64,000 bases of DNA from Eledone cirrhosa (lineage: Eukaryota), in the NCBI GenBank assembly GCA_964016885.1, contig OZ024741.1, positions 226,300,001 through 226,364,000 on the forward strand, written 5' to 3'. Numbering within the stretch: position 1 is the stretch's first letter; every line of letters begins with the position of its first letter. Position numbers and translations under genes: made by a program. The notes beneath the pieces are model-generated. The model was given only the letters and a program-made list of their open reading frames with translations, made no database searches and was not told the origin of the DNA. Shown piece after piece: positions 42,677-59,705 of this stretch.

Positions 42677-42810
42677 AGAAGTGTGTGGGAACAGAGTTCA
42701 AAGGGTGTGTAGGGGAGTGGTGGAGAGACATATAGCGAAAGGAAACGGTGCGAATGAAATTAAAAATAAAAATAAAAATAAAGCATGATCAAAATATATT
42801 TATATATATA

Positions 42811-42848
<38 letters not shown>

Positions 42849-42879
42849 TGTAGATATATAGATAGATATATACTTATTA

Positions 42880-43192
42880 GTAACTGCATTGTTACTTTCC
42901 AGGGGCCATGTTGGCACACGTATTTTACTCTTCTTTTTACATTTCTTCCTTTGCTTACTCTCATATATCCTTCTATTTATTCTTCTATCAGTCTATCTCC
43001 CAATGAAGGACTAACTCCCGAAACTTTAAAAGCTCTTTCCTATTATGTCATGCGTTAAATTAATATATATGATAATTGTACTGGATTGTTTTCCCTCATT
43101 GACGCTTCCCATACATATATACATATAGATATATCTTATATTCCTTCCATATACGGTACCGATTGTGTTGATATTTCTGTTTACCTTTTACA
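42880..43192 (+). mobile_element. Degenerate pLTR related to the Neptune-like element at 61500-63455
   Basis: ATGAAGGACTAACTCCCGAAAC and CCTTCCATATAC..CCGA.TGTGTT..ATTTCTGTTTACCTTTT match 63335-63452. Confidence 0.7.
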
Positions 43193-43209
43193 TACATATA
43201 TATATATAT

Positions 43210-43493
43210 ATGGCGGCTGCCAACTCGTTTTCGAGTACGGCCACTACTTTATATGCATGTAGGAGAACTCCTACCGATGTGCTGAACGTGTGTGACTTTT
43301 TAGTCCAGCCAGCGACTTGAAAACTCTGGTACAAACACTACACTTGTGACAACTATTGACACATAGGGCTGGGCCCATGGTATCATGTGATGACAAGTGC
43401 AGAGAGATCTCCAGATATAAAGCAATGCCCGTGCCGTGAAGCTTTTATAGTGAGCAAAGGCACTGCACAAAGCCAGTCCCACTCTCTTAACCA

Positions 43494-43494
<1 letters not shown>
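43210..43494 (-). mobile_element. Second copy of the short RTE-tailed element
   Basis: Highly similar to 28786-29068 with the same two ends. Confidence 0.7.
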
Positions 43495-43557
<63 letters not shown>

Positions 43558-43575
43558 CTGGTGTGTGTGTGTGTG

Positions 43576-43635
<60 letters not shown>

Positions 43636-43794
43636 TGGTGTGTGTATGATGCTTCCATAGGCAGTATGCCGGTTGAGCACTCTATGTTCTTACAGATCAG
43701 AGTGTGATATAATATAAAACGAAAAATCAGTGATGTATCTGAACTCAATTTATTGTGTGTTACAATTGTTTCGCCGGCAGACGGCTCGAGACAC

Positions 43795-45360
<1,566 letters not shown>

Positions 45361-47489
45361 CGTGTCTCGTACAAATGTCATCTATTTGATCGTGTCTCGT
45401 ACAAATGCCATATATTTGTTTACTATAAATTTCGGTCGCTAACTTTCTCACCCTTTCTCCTTCTATTTGTCGTTGTCTTACACCATCACCGTTTTCATCG
45501 TCACCTCATATCTGAGATAAATAACATCACCCCTCCCTTGAACTGATAAGAATATCATTTGATATATCATTTGTCACACCCATATATCTGTGATAGGATT
45601 TTTGTAACATATCTTCTGTTATCTAATCAGACTCTACACTTTATGTTGGTAATGTTCAGTGATAGAGGTGAACTGGTCATACGTGTATATGAGCAATGGT
45701 CACTGGGTTGCTGAGCGAGGTAAAAGAAAAAAATATAGCTGAATAAAATTTCTCAAAAATTTGAAGACTTAATCACTGCAGAAAGATTGAAACGAAAACG
45801 GAATGTGCCCTGGTTGAGCGGGGAAAATACACCTCTGATCTTCAGTAGTCAGCAGTTTGTTAGTAAGTGTTGCTTTAGTTGAGCAATTAAAATAGACCTT
45901 TGGCCCTCAGCAGTCTGTTAGTGAATGTCAACGAATTCGCCTCACTTTTCCAAAGTATGCTTTCTATTCTCCTTTATTTTCGTTGGAGGGGAAGGGGTGT
46001 CTACATAATATTAATGAAAATATCATAGGTCTATGTTATGTGTATATTGTGGTTGCTTTTTTTTAGACCTGGATCAGACCTCATCCAGCAAACATATGAA
46101 CTAAGAACTAGTCCGCTTCACCTCTGTGAAGAAGGACTGTTCTTACTTGAAATGATTTCTATCGTCGGATATAAAAAGTGAAACACCTACATGGAGGAAC
46201 TAATTAAAATGTGATAAAGTCGATGATACAGTCCTGGAAAGAAGAATGTATATATGGCTTGGAAGAATTTGGTGTCCATTTTTCTTTGCAAAGAAAGTAG
46301 AGTATAATCTCCAAACATTTTTCATTAGTAGTAACTCCGAACAAGACAGCAGGTAACCAGCAACACAATATGACCCCAAGAAAAAGCACGTACTCTGTTG
46401 TGAGATACAAAAAGTTATTTCAAATATTTAGTAACAATGAGAATTATAGTGTTTTTGCTGTTGTCTTTGTATATTTAATTAACCTGAAGTAATAAGAATG
46501 TCATCAAATTGGTGGCAATTATGGTTATAGGCAAATAAATTGTTGAATCTGTGTAATGTTCTTTGTCTCTTCTCAAGCCTCATATACACATACTCTCCAT
46601 ATTTTGTGTATATAAATTAGTATAATTGTTGTTTAGTGTGCGGCGGATTGGTAGGATGCTTAGAATATCGTAGAGAAGGCTTTGTGACATTCGTTCCGTG
46701 TCTCTACGTTGTCGATTACTTCAAATCCCGCCGATGTAACCGTCAATTACTTGAGTCAATGCTTCTTCTATATCTATATCTAACTACTTCTCTTTTTCTC
46801 ATACTCTCGCTTTCTCTGGAAGACATAGGTTGTCCCGACAGCACACCGACAGCTCCTCCAGAAGATTTATGTCCATACATACATGGATTGTTAATGTAAG
46901 CACAAGGGTAACAAATTATAAATAAGGGTAAAGTTGATTAAATCAACCTCTATACTTGACTTGCAATTTATCTTATCGACCCCAGAAGTATGAAAACTAC
47001 GGTCGACCCAAATGGGATTTTACTCGGAATGTAAAGAACCAAAACAATACAATGGTATTTTATGCGACGCTCTACCAATCCTCCATCTTTAGTCTTTTGC
47101 TTAAATTAAAAAAAAAACAATTGATTGTAGTTAAAGAAGCATTTCATCAATTACTGATCGCTCAGCAAATAAATTAAAAACAATATATATACATATAAGA
47201 TGTGTGTGTATGAACATGTGTGTGTGAACATGTGTGTGTGTGAACATGTGTATGTGTGAACATGTGTGTGTGTGAACGCCAGACTTCTCTATTGTCGTCT
47301 ACCTACATTATCGCTGTGAAACTCTCAGCTACAATTTCAGACTCTTATGTTCTAATAAAATAGACAATCTAATTTATGTAGTAAGTAATGTTTTCTTTCT
47401 TATCAAGGCTCAAATGTTCAATAATCCTTGCACACACACTGTCATACGCACACACACATACACACACATACACATACACACACACATAC

Positions 47490-47550
<61 letters not shown>

Positions 47551-47665
47551 GATGCATACATACATATGTACATATACATATACATATATATATACACACA
47601 CACACATACTTACATACATACATATACATAGATGCATACATACATATGCGCAAATACGTATGCAT

Positions 47666-47701
<36 letters not shown>

Positions 47702-48029
47702 GCATAACTGAAAAAGAAATAACAAAGCAAACCAAACAGTACAATGAAGATAGTTTTACACTTGATATAGTAGGGAGACTTAACGTTTCTGATGCTAGTC
47801 TGTCATCAGAGAATAGAATATGAAAACCAATGAAGAAATAGAAAGATACAGGAGAGGGGGCAGTGACAGAAACGCCATCATAATAATTATTTGTTCACCA
47901 ACTTGAACACTCGATGCATAGATGGGTCCGGTTTAGTATAGTATGATATATTGGACATTTGGTGCTATATTATGTATAGATATACATACATATATACATA
48001 CACAAACACACACACACACACACGCACAC

Positions 48030-48172
<143 letters not shown>

Positions 48173-48719
48173 TGTTGATTGGACGATATACACGTCATCG
48201 AACGAGGGTCCAGCTTGATCCGAAAATGAATTAAAGATATTAAGATGTTTATCATTTTTTCCATTTTGTATGGAAATTCATATTTTATAGCATGTTTACA
48301 TACTTACATATTAGATACGTATATACTTATTACGTTCGAGCAGGCGGGGTTACATACTTACTATTTATACAGATATAACTTTATCATATATATATATACA
48401 CGCATATCTGTGTGTGTGTCAGAGCGAGGGAGAGATAGAGGGAGAGGCAGAGAAAAATATCGATAGATAGATAGATTTCGTTATTTTCCACAAGGGCGCA
48501 CAAGAAAAGGGGACAATACAAAGACACATGCCGGGGATTTTACATACAGTCGTGTAAAAAATATAAAAGCAAACAATTACAACAATCGAAATCCCCAATA
48601 GGGGGGAAGCGCCACAAATGGGTTGTTTAATACTCCGTCGATAGAACAACCTTCAACACCAGGAGCGTGTTGTGCAAGTGCTCCTTTCTTCCCTTTGCTC
48701 TCTTCTTCAACCTACAGGC

Positions 48720-51700
48720 TTATAAACAGAGAAGGCCCAATCACTGGGGCCATTTTCGCTTCATTCACCCACCTTTCAGTAAATTTACTGGGGTGCAGTG
48801 CCTCTCTCTCCTTCTAAAGTGATACTTAAAGAATGGAATCAATTGTTGTCCGGAGAGAAAGGCATCTGTCCTCAGTCCTCTCAATCTCGTCCTCCATATA
48901 ACTTCTTTCACCATAGCCACTGTACAGAGGAAAACCGCCTCTCTTTCGTTTTTGAAAGAGGCTGGCGGTTTGATCCTTACTATGGACTCGGCAGTCAACT
49001 GGAATTGTCCCATACGCGACAGCAGTTGTTCTGCATAGTTCCACAGGTCGGTTACGCCCGGGCAGTGTACAATTGCGTGCAGGACTGTTTCAATGTCATG
49101 CGCGCATCTTGGGCACGTCCTCTTGGAAGGATCCCTGTCGGGGCGTCCGTGCCTGTAGATCTTGTCACGAACCGGTAGAGCTCCTCGGTAGCACTGCCTG
49201 GCCAGGGACCTCTGTAAGTTGTCCATAGGTCCCGGGCGGAAAGTCCTACCTACTTGGTGAGCTCATCGTCTTCGACGCCCAGAGTCTCTCCGAGCACGTC
49301 GCCGCCCTTGTAACGTACAAACCCTCTATAGAATGTCTCCACTGATTGCTGCGCCCGCTTGCCAGAGGACTGTGAGCGCCTGAGCGCATTCAATGTGCCA
49401 GGCACCCATCGTTTTCGGTCATTTCTTGACCCAGGCCTGCAGCTCCGTCAGCGAGACGAGCTGTGGAAAAGTGTGTCTCACAAACGGTGCCCAAACCGGT
49501 TGGGGGTCGGTGAGGAATGCTTGGAGATGCCGCAGCCTCAGCGCATGTTTGCGCATCATCAGCCACGGCATACCTAGCGCTCCGTTGGAAGGGTTCTGAC
49601 AGCAGACGGATCTCCTCACCAGCGGAGCCTGCTTCTTCCACAGAAACTGGAAGAGCATGCGTTCCATCTTGGCGAGGTGTTCACGGGGACAAGGCACAAC
49701 AGTCAAGCGGTAGTAGATGACGGACGCTATGAAAGTGTTCGCCAACTCCGCTCGACCTTTCAAGGAGAGTTTGCACTCAGCCCACTTCTGGGTGACTGCA
49801 AACACGTTAGCCGTGACCTCGTTCCAGTTTTTCTCCACCTGGAGGTCTGGACCGAACCAGACCCCGAGCAATTTCACCGGTCCGACCGTCCAGCGTCCAA
49901 CGACGCTCTCGGACGTCATCGGTTTGCCTCTCCACGTACCGAGTTGCAAACCGACAGACTTGTCCGGGATTAGTTTTGCTCCCGTCAGCGTTTCGTATTC
50001 TTTCAGTAAGTTGCCCATCACCCCGATTTCCGAGGTGCTCGACACCAGTACCGTAACGTCGTCGGCATAAGCCGACGCCGCTTTGCGCAATCCCGGTTCT
50101 AGAGGATGCCCTGCAACAGCTCTAATTTCCGCAGTAGTGGCTCTAGAGTCAATACATACAGAATGGAGGAGAGAGGGCACCCCTGTCGAATGGAACGCGT
50201 GATTGCAAACGGCTCCTATAGGTAGCCGTTCACCTTAACCCTCGAGCAGACGCTGGTGTGCATCGCCTCGTCCAGCCTCTGAAAACGGGACCGAAACCGG
50301 CCGCCTTGAGAAGCGCTTCCAAGTATCGATGGTCGACCCTATCGAATGCCTTAGACTGATCCAAATGGATCAGAGCCCCAGGGAAGCCGGGTTTACTACC
50401 CACCCTCTCTATGATATATCGCATGAGGTGGAGGTAGTCGTGTATGGACCTGGTCGGGATTTCACACGTTTGCGCTTTCCCTACCAGGTTCTCGACGACA
50501 AGCGCCAACCTCGTCGCTAGCACCTTGGCCAAAATCTTTAACTCTGTGTCGAGCAGATTTATGGGCCTGAAGTTGTTAATTTCGTCCCCCTTGTTTTCGT
50601 CTTTCCTGATCAGCGTTACTACGCCCTTGCCTGCAGAACTGGGAATTCTCCCGTTCTGCTGCCAATTGCAGTAGACAGCTTCGAGGACGCCAGAGAACAA
50701 GTCCGGCATGCCTATGTAAAACTCATAGGGTAGACCATCTATACCGAGGGCCTCATCTGCCCAGAGCGTCCCGTATCTGTGTCCGTGATCGGTCTTTCGC
50801 AGAATTCGGCGTGGGTGTTCGAGAGACGCGGCAGGCCGTCGAGGTATGAACTAAAGTCCATTGCTCCGTTCGGCTCACCGTCGTTCTGCTCAAACAGTGG
50901 CGCAAAGTGCTGCTGAAAGGCCGCGCACATTTGCTTGGGGTCAAGTAGCACGCGTCCGTTTTGGTCTTTTAAAGACCAAATCGTGGACTTGTTGCCACTC
51001 TTTGCCTCCACCACTCGGGCCCAGCTGACAGCTTTCGCTCCTTCGTTTCCTAGAGCACGTGTTTTGCTTCTGACCACGCAGCCTTCGTGTTTCGCATCGA
51101 AGAACTGGTCCAGTGCCGTTCTCGACGCTAACACTATAGCCGCGTTGCCACTTCTAAGTGCCTCCTCTACCTTGGCTACTAGTTCTCTTTCTATTTTGTT
51201 TTTCTCTAAGTCTTAACTCTCTACTAAACCCTATCGATTCTATTCTAATTGCTTTCTTGAGAGAGTACCACCATTTATTGTTGACGATGGCTCCGGTTAA
51301 CTGTTGCTTGACTAGTCTACTTATCCGTTCACTGTAAGCTTTACGTGCCGGCAACGATACGTTCAGCTTCCAGTATCCGGGCCCTTGTCTATGTATTCTA
51401 TCACGGTTGACTAAGCAGATGACTAATTTGTGATCTGAATAGGCAACCATGTGCATTCGTGGACAACTTAACATCTCCTTGTCCCTTTCTCTAATGAAGA
51501 ACCTATCTAAATATGATCTAGATGTCCCGCTGCGGTTTGCCCACGTCCACTGAGGTGCAGTCGGGAAATCCAGCCGATACCTATCGGCCAGTTGGAATTG
51601 GCTGATTAAAATTTTGAGGCTGTTGCAACCCTCTCTACTTGGACATGCTTCCACATAGTCCCATCGTGCATCTAGGATACCATTCCAGTCTCCCACTAAA

Positions 51701-52116
51701 ATTAAGGAGCGAGACGTTCCCAGAAAAGACTCTAGACGCTTAAAGAAGTCTGGCCGTGATTGCGATTTCCCGGCCGGGGCATAAACGGCCACCAGTCTGA
51801 AGGCTCCACCTCCAATACTGTTCACGTCTAGGACTACCAGTCTACCCTCCGGGTCCAAGTGTACTTGCTGTACTTCGACGTCCAGGTTCATCCGAAACAT
51901 GACAGCCACTCCCCCTCCACCTCCTGGCTGACAGAGAGAGGCATAGATCTCAAAGCCGTCGAAGATGGGGGTTAGTTGCTGCCTGTTGTGGATCTTGGAC
52001 TCGGTGATGGCTATCACATCCATACTGTGTGACCTAAGGTCGTTTAAAAGTTGGCCTTGTTTCCAGGGCATCCCTAGGCCACGCACATTCACGCTTCCAA
52101 CTCGTAAACTAGCCAT
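48720..52116 (-). pseudogene. LINE ORF2 (APE endonuclease - reverse transcriptase - CCHC), several frameshifts
   Basis: SVNVRGL, ITES, VYAP, GDWN, YLDRF, SDH, GYWKLN; FRPINLLDTELKILAK, LDQSKAFDRV, AYADDVT, LLGVWF; CPRC..ETVLHAIVHC, split over at least five ORFs. Confidence 0.92.
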
Positions 52117-52139
52117 GTTGGTGAAGAAGAGTTGGAGAA

Positions 52140-54061
52140 AAAGGACGAAAAGGTGCACTTACCTTTTCGTTTCCTGGAGATCGAGTTGTTCAATCTCCAT
52201 TTGGGTGCTGGATGGGGTGTTGGGTGGAGTGGGGAAACATTTTAACAGGACGCGGTTGATGGGTTTCTAGTAGGGGTTGCCCACGTCCTGCGAAAATTTA
52301 TTTTCAGGTCACAATAGGTCTCCATAGAGACCCTTATAAATTTAAGGTGTGGAGACGATTCTGCTTTGACGAAAGTTTTGCCCTCCGTCTCCACCTTGGG
52401 GTTTTTGGAGATGACCTCCATCAAACTCTTGTTGTTTGTGTTGATGTATGCGTATTGTTGTTTGTTTTTGTTGTGTTGTTTTAGTTTGTTGTTCGCCGGG
52501 AGTTTTCTTTTTATGGTGGGTGCTTGTGTTTGGGGTTGTGTTGGTGTTGGTTTTGCTGGTAGGGGGATGTTTGACTGTGGTGTTGTTTGTGTTGTTGTTT
52601 GTGTCTGTGGTTGTATGTTGGTGTTGGTGATTTGAGTTTTGTGGGTTTTGTGGTGTCTTTTTTTTTTTTTGTTTTTTAGATTTCACTTAAAGAAGGGGAA
52701 GCAGCCTCATCTGTTGTGAATAATCATCGTCAGGAGTGTGTGGTAGGGTATGTTGTGTGGTGGTGGTGTTTCGGTGTGTGTGTTTGTGGTAGTGTTTGAT
52801 GGAGTGGGATGGGTGGGGTCGTGTTCTTCAGGGGTGTTGTCTGTGTTTTTTTCTGTTGTTGTCGGTTGAGTGGTTGTTTGTTTTGGTGTGTTTGCTTGTT
52901 TCGTGAGTTGTTGTTGTTGTGATGGTGGTTGTTTTGGTATTGGTGTTGGTGTTGATAACAGTGCTTTCTTTTGTATTGTTTTGGTTGATCGTGTGTGTAA
53001 AGAGCAGGAGGCCTTTAGGTGTGCTGTGTTACCACAGCGAAAGCAATGAAATTTACGACCTCCACCGAAATGTTTATTTTGTTGTTGTCGTCGATGACGA
53101 CTTTTTCGGGTATTTTGGAGATTCTTTCCGGTTTCATTTGCATCAGAATCTCCAAATCAGTACCCGCCCACCTTTATCTAATAGACTTTCGTATTGAAAG
53201 AATGGCATCAGTCCATGGCTCCACGAAGCCAGCCAAGAACCACCAGACGTTAATGTTTGTTGGTATATATATTTTTTTTTATTTTTTATGCCCTTTTTCC
53301 CATGTACGTAGGGAAAAGGGTGAATGGTTTTGACACCATTGGTGTCACAGTATGTTTTGGAGCGAGTGCCTCGCTTTTAAACAGTACGCAAAGACTTCCG
53401 TACTGTTTTCCTCGTTGGAGAAAATCAATATTTGCTAGAGTCTCCTTCAATGTGGCTTCTATGTCTGCTTGACTCACAAACATTGATTTTCTCGTTGTGT
53501 TGGAGACAGTCCTGAAGGTCACTGTCCTTCGAACTGTCTCTTCTTTTATTTCGAGGAGTGAGTTGATTCTAAACCCACCCTTGTCTTCGAAAGTTACAAA
53601 TTTTCTACCTTGCTAGAGCATATCTCTTGCATTGGAGAATTCAAGATTTATAAAATCTTGTTTTTTTCACTGTTTCAGCGAAAGACATTTTTTGTTGTGG
53701 TGTTGCTGTTGTTGTTGTTGTTGTTGTTGTTGTTATCGTTGTTAGCCTCTGTGTTGGAAATCGAAATTTCTTGACGAGGTGAAACTTTATGTGTAGATGT
53801 ATCTATACGTTGTTGTTGTTGTCTTTTTCATGTGTCTGTATAATAATAGGTTTAATTCATGTGTATTTCTATGTGTTAATTTTCTCCGCTTCGACGGTAG
53901 AAATTTTAAAATCTTCAAGTGGTAATAATATTTGTTTCTCTTTGTTGACAGTCGTATCGATGGCGACGTCCATAGTAACAGAAGCAGACATAACGTTAAT
54001 ATCTGCCTCTCTACCTCTCTTCTCTGTCGACGTTCTCCAACGTTCTTTCCGAGTTATTCAT
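52140..54061 (-). pseudogene. LINE ORF1 (gag-like), disrupted
   Basis: FHCFRCGNTAHLKASC (CX2CX4HX4C) at about 53005-53052, RRM-like segment 53286-53522, T/N/Q/K-rich linker; start position is tentative. Confidence 0.65.
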
Positions 54062-54302
54062 GTTTTATAGTTGGCAAAATTTGATTTTTTAAAACAATTT
54101 TTTAATTAAATTTTCGCCCCTAAAGGGGCGAAAAATGGGATTACCACCCAGCTGACAATTCAGCTTGGGGGTTAATCTAAAAAATGATATGTTTTTTCAA
54201 ACAATTTGTTCAGTTTTTTGTATAGAAATTTACAAAAAAGCTTACTGGCGATGTTCCACGCGTCAGGCAGATAAGGAGATAGATAGATAGATGGATAGAT
54301 AG

Positions 54303-54378
<76 letters not shown>

Positions 54379-55559
54379 AGAGAGAGAGAAACAGAGAGAG
54401 AGAGAGAGAGCGAGAGAGAGAGGGGGCATTAGGCTTGTCTATTCCTGTCTACCTGCATTCGTGTTCAATAACAAATATAAGTTAATACATTCAAGTGTAG
54501 TGGAAGATCATACTTATTGTCTAAGTAAGATAATTATTTCATTGACTTTTAAAAAGTAATGTTTATTTTGTTTATTTTTAAACGGATTTAATTAAATTCA
54601 ATTATATTTTTGTATTTAAAAGTAAGAACATTATTTTATTCCACCCTATTCTTTCTTACAAGAAAGATTCCTAAATTAACCCTGTCATGATCATATTTCT
54701 AATAATATTTTGAAAATAGTCACAATTTGTGAGAGATGGGGAGAGCGGGAGAGACTAAGGCAGTGACAGTGGGTATTTGGTTCTTTTGTGTTCGGACCTT
54801 GTGTATATATGTGTATATACATTAATAGTTTTTGATTTATGAAGAAGGCTACCAAAATTATATATATTAACAGATATATTTCTATTACTTCTTTAATTTC
54901 TCATTCTGTGTGTATGTGTTGTGTGATGTATTTAAAACTATGCTGGCAAATTATGTAATAATATTTTCGAATCAGATAAAAAACAACTAATTCTCACAAT
55001 ATTAAGCTTATGTTTGAAACAACTTAACAAAGATACTCACATAATGTTATAATAAAACATTTTTAGATAATTGTACCAACGTAGAAGCAAAGAATGTTTG
55101 TATAATAGAATCAGAAGTGGTTGGTTTTAAGTGGTTTGTATCGAAAAGGTTAAAGACAACGTCACAATAATTTTCTATAGAAGATGAGGTGGAAGTTGGG
55201 TCAGGTTGACCTCCGTCAATTACTCGACTCATGATTTCGACACAAAAAGGATGAAAGGCAAAATTCTACCCACGACAATTCAGTGTTAGATATAAATTCA
55301 TTTCTAGATTTGATGTTTTTGTTGCATATCCGAATATAGTTTACTACCCGGCTCCTGTTATGAAGTGACAGTGGAACTGATGATCGAAGCTTTTTTACGT
55401 CTGACTGCACCAGTTTGTCCATTTTGTCGCCGATGAAAAAATGTAGACACTGTCTCTCTATCTCTCTCTCTGTATATATATATATATATATATATACATG
55501 TGTATATATATATATACACATATATATTCACATACATGTATATTTATATATACATATAT

Positions 55560-55845
55560 AAAGAAATTAATATAAGGAGTATAAACCGTTAAAACATGTT
55601 TATATAACAATGCACCTACGTACGTTCCACCCGGAGTGGGATTATCAAGGACATGGAAAACAAAAAAGATGATCAATACGCGACCCAGGAGGGGTTCTCC
55701 GGGCGGGACGTACGTAGGTGTATTCTTATATAAACATGCTTTAACGGTTTACACTCCTTGTATTCATTTCTTTTATAATCGGTCTGCTTATTTTTTGTCG
55801 CCCACTAAATATTTAACCCTGTAGGCACAAGTATTGAGTACATTT
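55560..55845. mobile_element. Inverted pLTR-like pair with tail (family G)
   Basis: 55561-55636 inverted against 55697-55772; the right side continues to TATTGAGTAC; no intact HHR. Confidence 0.55.
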
Positions 55846-55926
55846 GCACAAACTGTTGGCAACTAAATATATGTATCGCCCATCTTTACTTTTTTCTCTC
55901 TCACTCGATACTAAATCATTCTATAC

Positions 55927-56030
<104 letters not shown>

Positions 56031-56677
56031 ACACACATATATATATATATATACATGAAGAAGCAAGGCGTCTATTTAACTTCAAGAATGGGCTGAGGAG
56101 AATATTTATATAATTATTATTTGACGCAAGAAACTATCTATAGCTAATAACAATTGTAGCATAATCAGTTGATGTATTATTACATAACTAAACACAACCA
56201 ATCTTGTACTGGTTGTGTTTTTCAATGGCTTGATTGACCATGCAAAACCCAACCTCTTGCTGGTTCACATGGCGAAGAAAACGTATAAATGCTGAAAGTA
56301 CGCTATAAGTCATGCAGAGAAGATTGCTAAAAATAAAAAAAAGGTCTCTATTTGCAGCAACAGATAAAGACGTTATCTTTAAACTAACACACAGTCAGAA
56401 ACGTTATGTAAGTGATAAAATAAAACTTTGGCTTCGAACGAATGAATAGATTCTAAATCTTCTTCAAGTATTGAGTTCTCTTCTTACCCACGCATGCCTT
56501 TGTGCATGTTTGTGACCATGTAGGCGGGGGTGTGCATGTGTGCGCGCTTGTGTGTGTGTATGTGTGTGTCTCTGGCGTGCAAGAGATAACGATGTAATGT
56601 ATTCTCCAGCTGCCCTATCTGTCAGTAAAATAGTATAAGTCAGCAATACACACATGCGCACACATACACACTCCCCT

Positions 56678-56748
<71 letters not shown>

Positions 56749-57200
56749 TATGTATATATATATATATAATTATATATAATTATATATATATATACTGTAA
56801 ATATATATATATATATATATGTGTGTGTGAGAGTCAGTGTGTGTGTGTGTGTGTGTGTTTGTGTATGTAAATATATATGTATTTGCAGAGAGAGTGAAAG
56901 AGAAAGAAAGAGAGGTTTAAACACACACACAGACCCACTTACACTCTACGTACATATGAACATATATATAATGACTCCCACACATAAACAGATACATAAT
57001 CACATTCACATTCAGTGTTGCTCTTAAATAATTTGAATGCATAGAAGTACTGTTGAAAGATGCACACATACACAGTGACAATACAAGCTACCATGAATAT
57101 GCCCAGTGGTAATCATACTGCACCAACGTTAACATATGCTTATATCTAAACACATATACATAAAATATCCACATAACTACATATATAAATATTTGTATAT

Positions 57201-57368
<168 letters not shown>

Positions 57369-57964
57369 GTAGACACACATACACACACATATATATGTAT
57401 ATATATATATATATATGAATAAAGTTAGTCCTTCATCAGTGATCTTCCAACCATCATTGGTATTTCATCGCTTTAAAGACCATATACCTCCGGTTGGTGC
57501 GAGCAACGGCTAAAGAAAGTCGCTGAGACACGTAAATAAGAGGAACGAGCGAGAGTGTAAAACAATCAAAGATGGTAAAGCAACGAAAAGTGAGGAAGAA
57601 AGAGTCAAGTCCCAGATTTCCATGAATATAAGTTCGGTGAAATCGTGAACCAGAGAGAATAAAGACCATCAGACCTAGTCGAAATGTGAGCAAGGAAGGA
57701 ATTCCTCACAGGTCAAACGGGAGGAAGAAGGAGTCCAGTCCGTGAATTCGGTGAACATAAGTTCTGCGAAATCGTAGACGAGAGAGAGAAAAAGGGAACC
57801 ATATATATATATATAGACATATAGAGAGAGGGTGGGTGTGGGAGAGAGAGACATTCCTCATTCGTCTCCTTTTATCTCTAAACATACATTCAACAGAGAC
57901 TCAACTGCTCCTCGGGGTTTTATGATTTTTGTCACTACATCTTCACATTCGAAACTAAATTCTC

Positions 57965-58380
57965 TCACCGCCATCACCACCACCAATATCATCACCTTCT
58001 AATACCACCACCAGCAGCAACGACAACAGGACCATCACCACCACCAACAACACCACCAACACCTCCAATGCCAGCAACACCAGCAGCAATAACAACACCA
58101 CCAACAACAACACTACCACCACCACCAACAACAACAATACTACCAACACCACCACCAACAACAACCCTACCAACACCACCACCAACACAACCCTATCAAC
58201 ACCACCACCAACAACAATAACCCTACCAACAACAACACTACCACCACCACCAACAACAACAACCCTACCAACAACAACACTACCAACACCACCACCAACA
58301 ACAACCCTACCAACACCACCACCACCAACAACAACAACCCTACCAACAACAACCCTACCAACACCACCAACCCTACCAAC

Positions 58381-58411
<31 letters not shown>

Positions 58412-59037
58412 CTACCAACAACAACACTACCAACACCACCACTAACAACAAGCCTACCAACACCACCACCACCACCAACAACAACACTACCAACACCAAC
58501 ACCACCACCAACAACAACAATAACCCTACCAACACCACCACCAACAACAACAAGCCTACCAACACCACCACCACCAACAACAACAACCCTACCAACAACA
58601 ACCCTACCAACACCACCACCAACAACAACCCTACCAACACCACCACCACCAACACCACCACCACCATCATCATCATCGTCGTCATCATCATCATCAGCAT
58701 CATCAGCAACAACAACATGAACATTCCCGTTATCATTTCATCAAATATGTTACTAGCCAGCCACACCCTTTAGTATCCTCATCATTATGTTCACCCCCAT
58801 CGCTACCATCATCATCATCAGCAACAGCAACAGCTGCAGCATCACCGTCGTCACCACGGTCATCATCATCATCACCATCGTCATCATCATCACCATCGTC
58901 ATCATCATCATCATCATCATCAATCTGTCATTATAGTGCACGTCTATTTCACCACAATCCTATACTCCATCATTAATTATTGTTCACTATAATCATTGTT
59001 ATCATTGTAATTAATCAACACCATCACCATCATCATC

Positions 59038-59084
<47 letters not shown>

Positions 59085-59322
59085 TATCATCATCATCATC
59101 ATTATCATCATCATCACCATCACCATCACCATCATCATCACCATCATCATTATCATCATCATCACCATCATCACCACCACCATCATCACTATCATCATCA
59201 CCGCCATCATTATCATCATCACCATCATCATCATCATCACCACCATCATCATTATCATCACCATCATCATTATCATCATCATCACCATCACCATCATCAT
59301 TATCATCATCACCACCATCATC

Positions 59323-59374
<52 letters not shown>

Positions 59375-59705
59375 CCACCATCATTATCATCATCACCACC
59401 ATCATCATTATCATCATCATCATCACCACCATCATCACTATCATCATTATCATCATCATCCACCTCTTCCTTCTTCATATCCGCTTCATCCTGTTCTTAT
59501 TCCTCCTCTAATTAATCCTTATCATCATCATCATCATCATCATCGTCATCACTAATATTACAACATCATCATCGTCATTGTCCTCGTCATAATTATCATC
59601 ATCATTATCTCGGGAATCATCACCAGCCCCTTCCCCTCCATCATATTCAGGATTACCATCATAATTATCGTTATCATCATTATCATTCTCATCCTCCTCA
59701 TCATC
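57965..59705. repeat. Low-complexity (ACC/AAC)n minisatellite and (CAT/CAC)n tracts
   Basis: Read directly; explains the poly-H/M/D/V/L ORFs. Confidence 0.92.

Larger units (their letters stand above)
48477..54270 (-). mobile_element. Full-length, decayed Tx1/L1-clade LINE (about 5.8 kb)
   Basis: ORF1 remnant with CCHC knuckle; ORF2 with APE endonuclease, RT and C-terminal zinc finger; (GATA)n on both sides. Confidence 0.9.

Noticed and set aside
48720-52116. Intact, active LINE ORF2
   Set aside because: At least four frameshifts split it; consensus errors are possible, but as given it is a pseudogene.
57420-57800. Additional PLE/HHR segment (CTGATGAAGGACTAAC on the minus strand near 57428-57443)
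   Set aside because: Only the 5' half of the core is present with no GAAA, and I found no convincing protein motif upstream.
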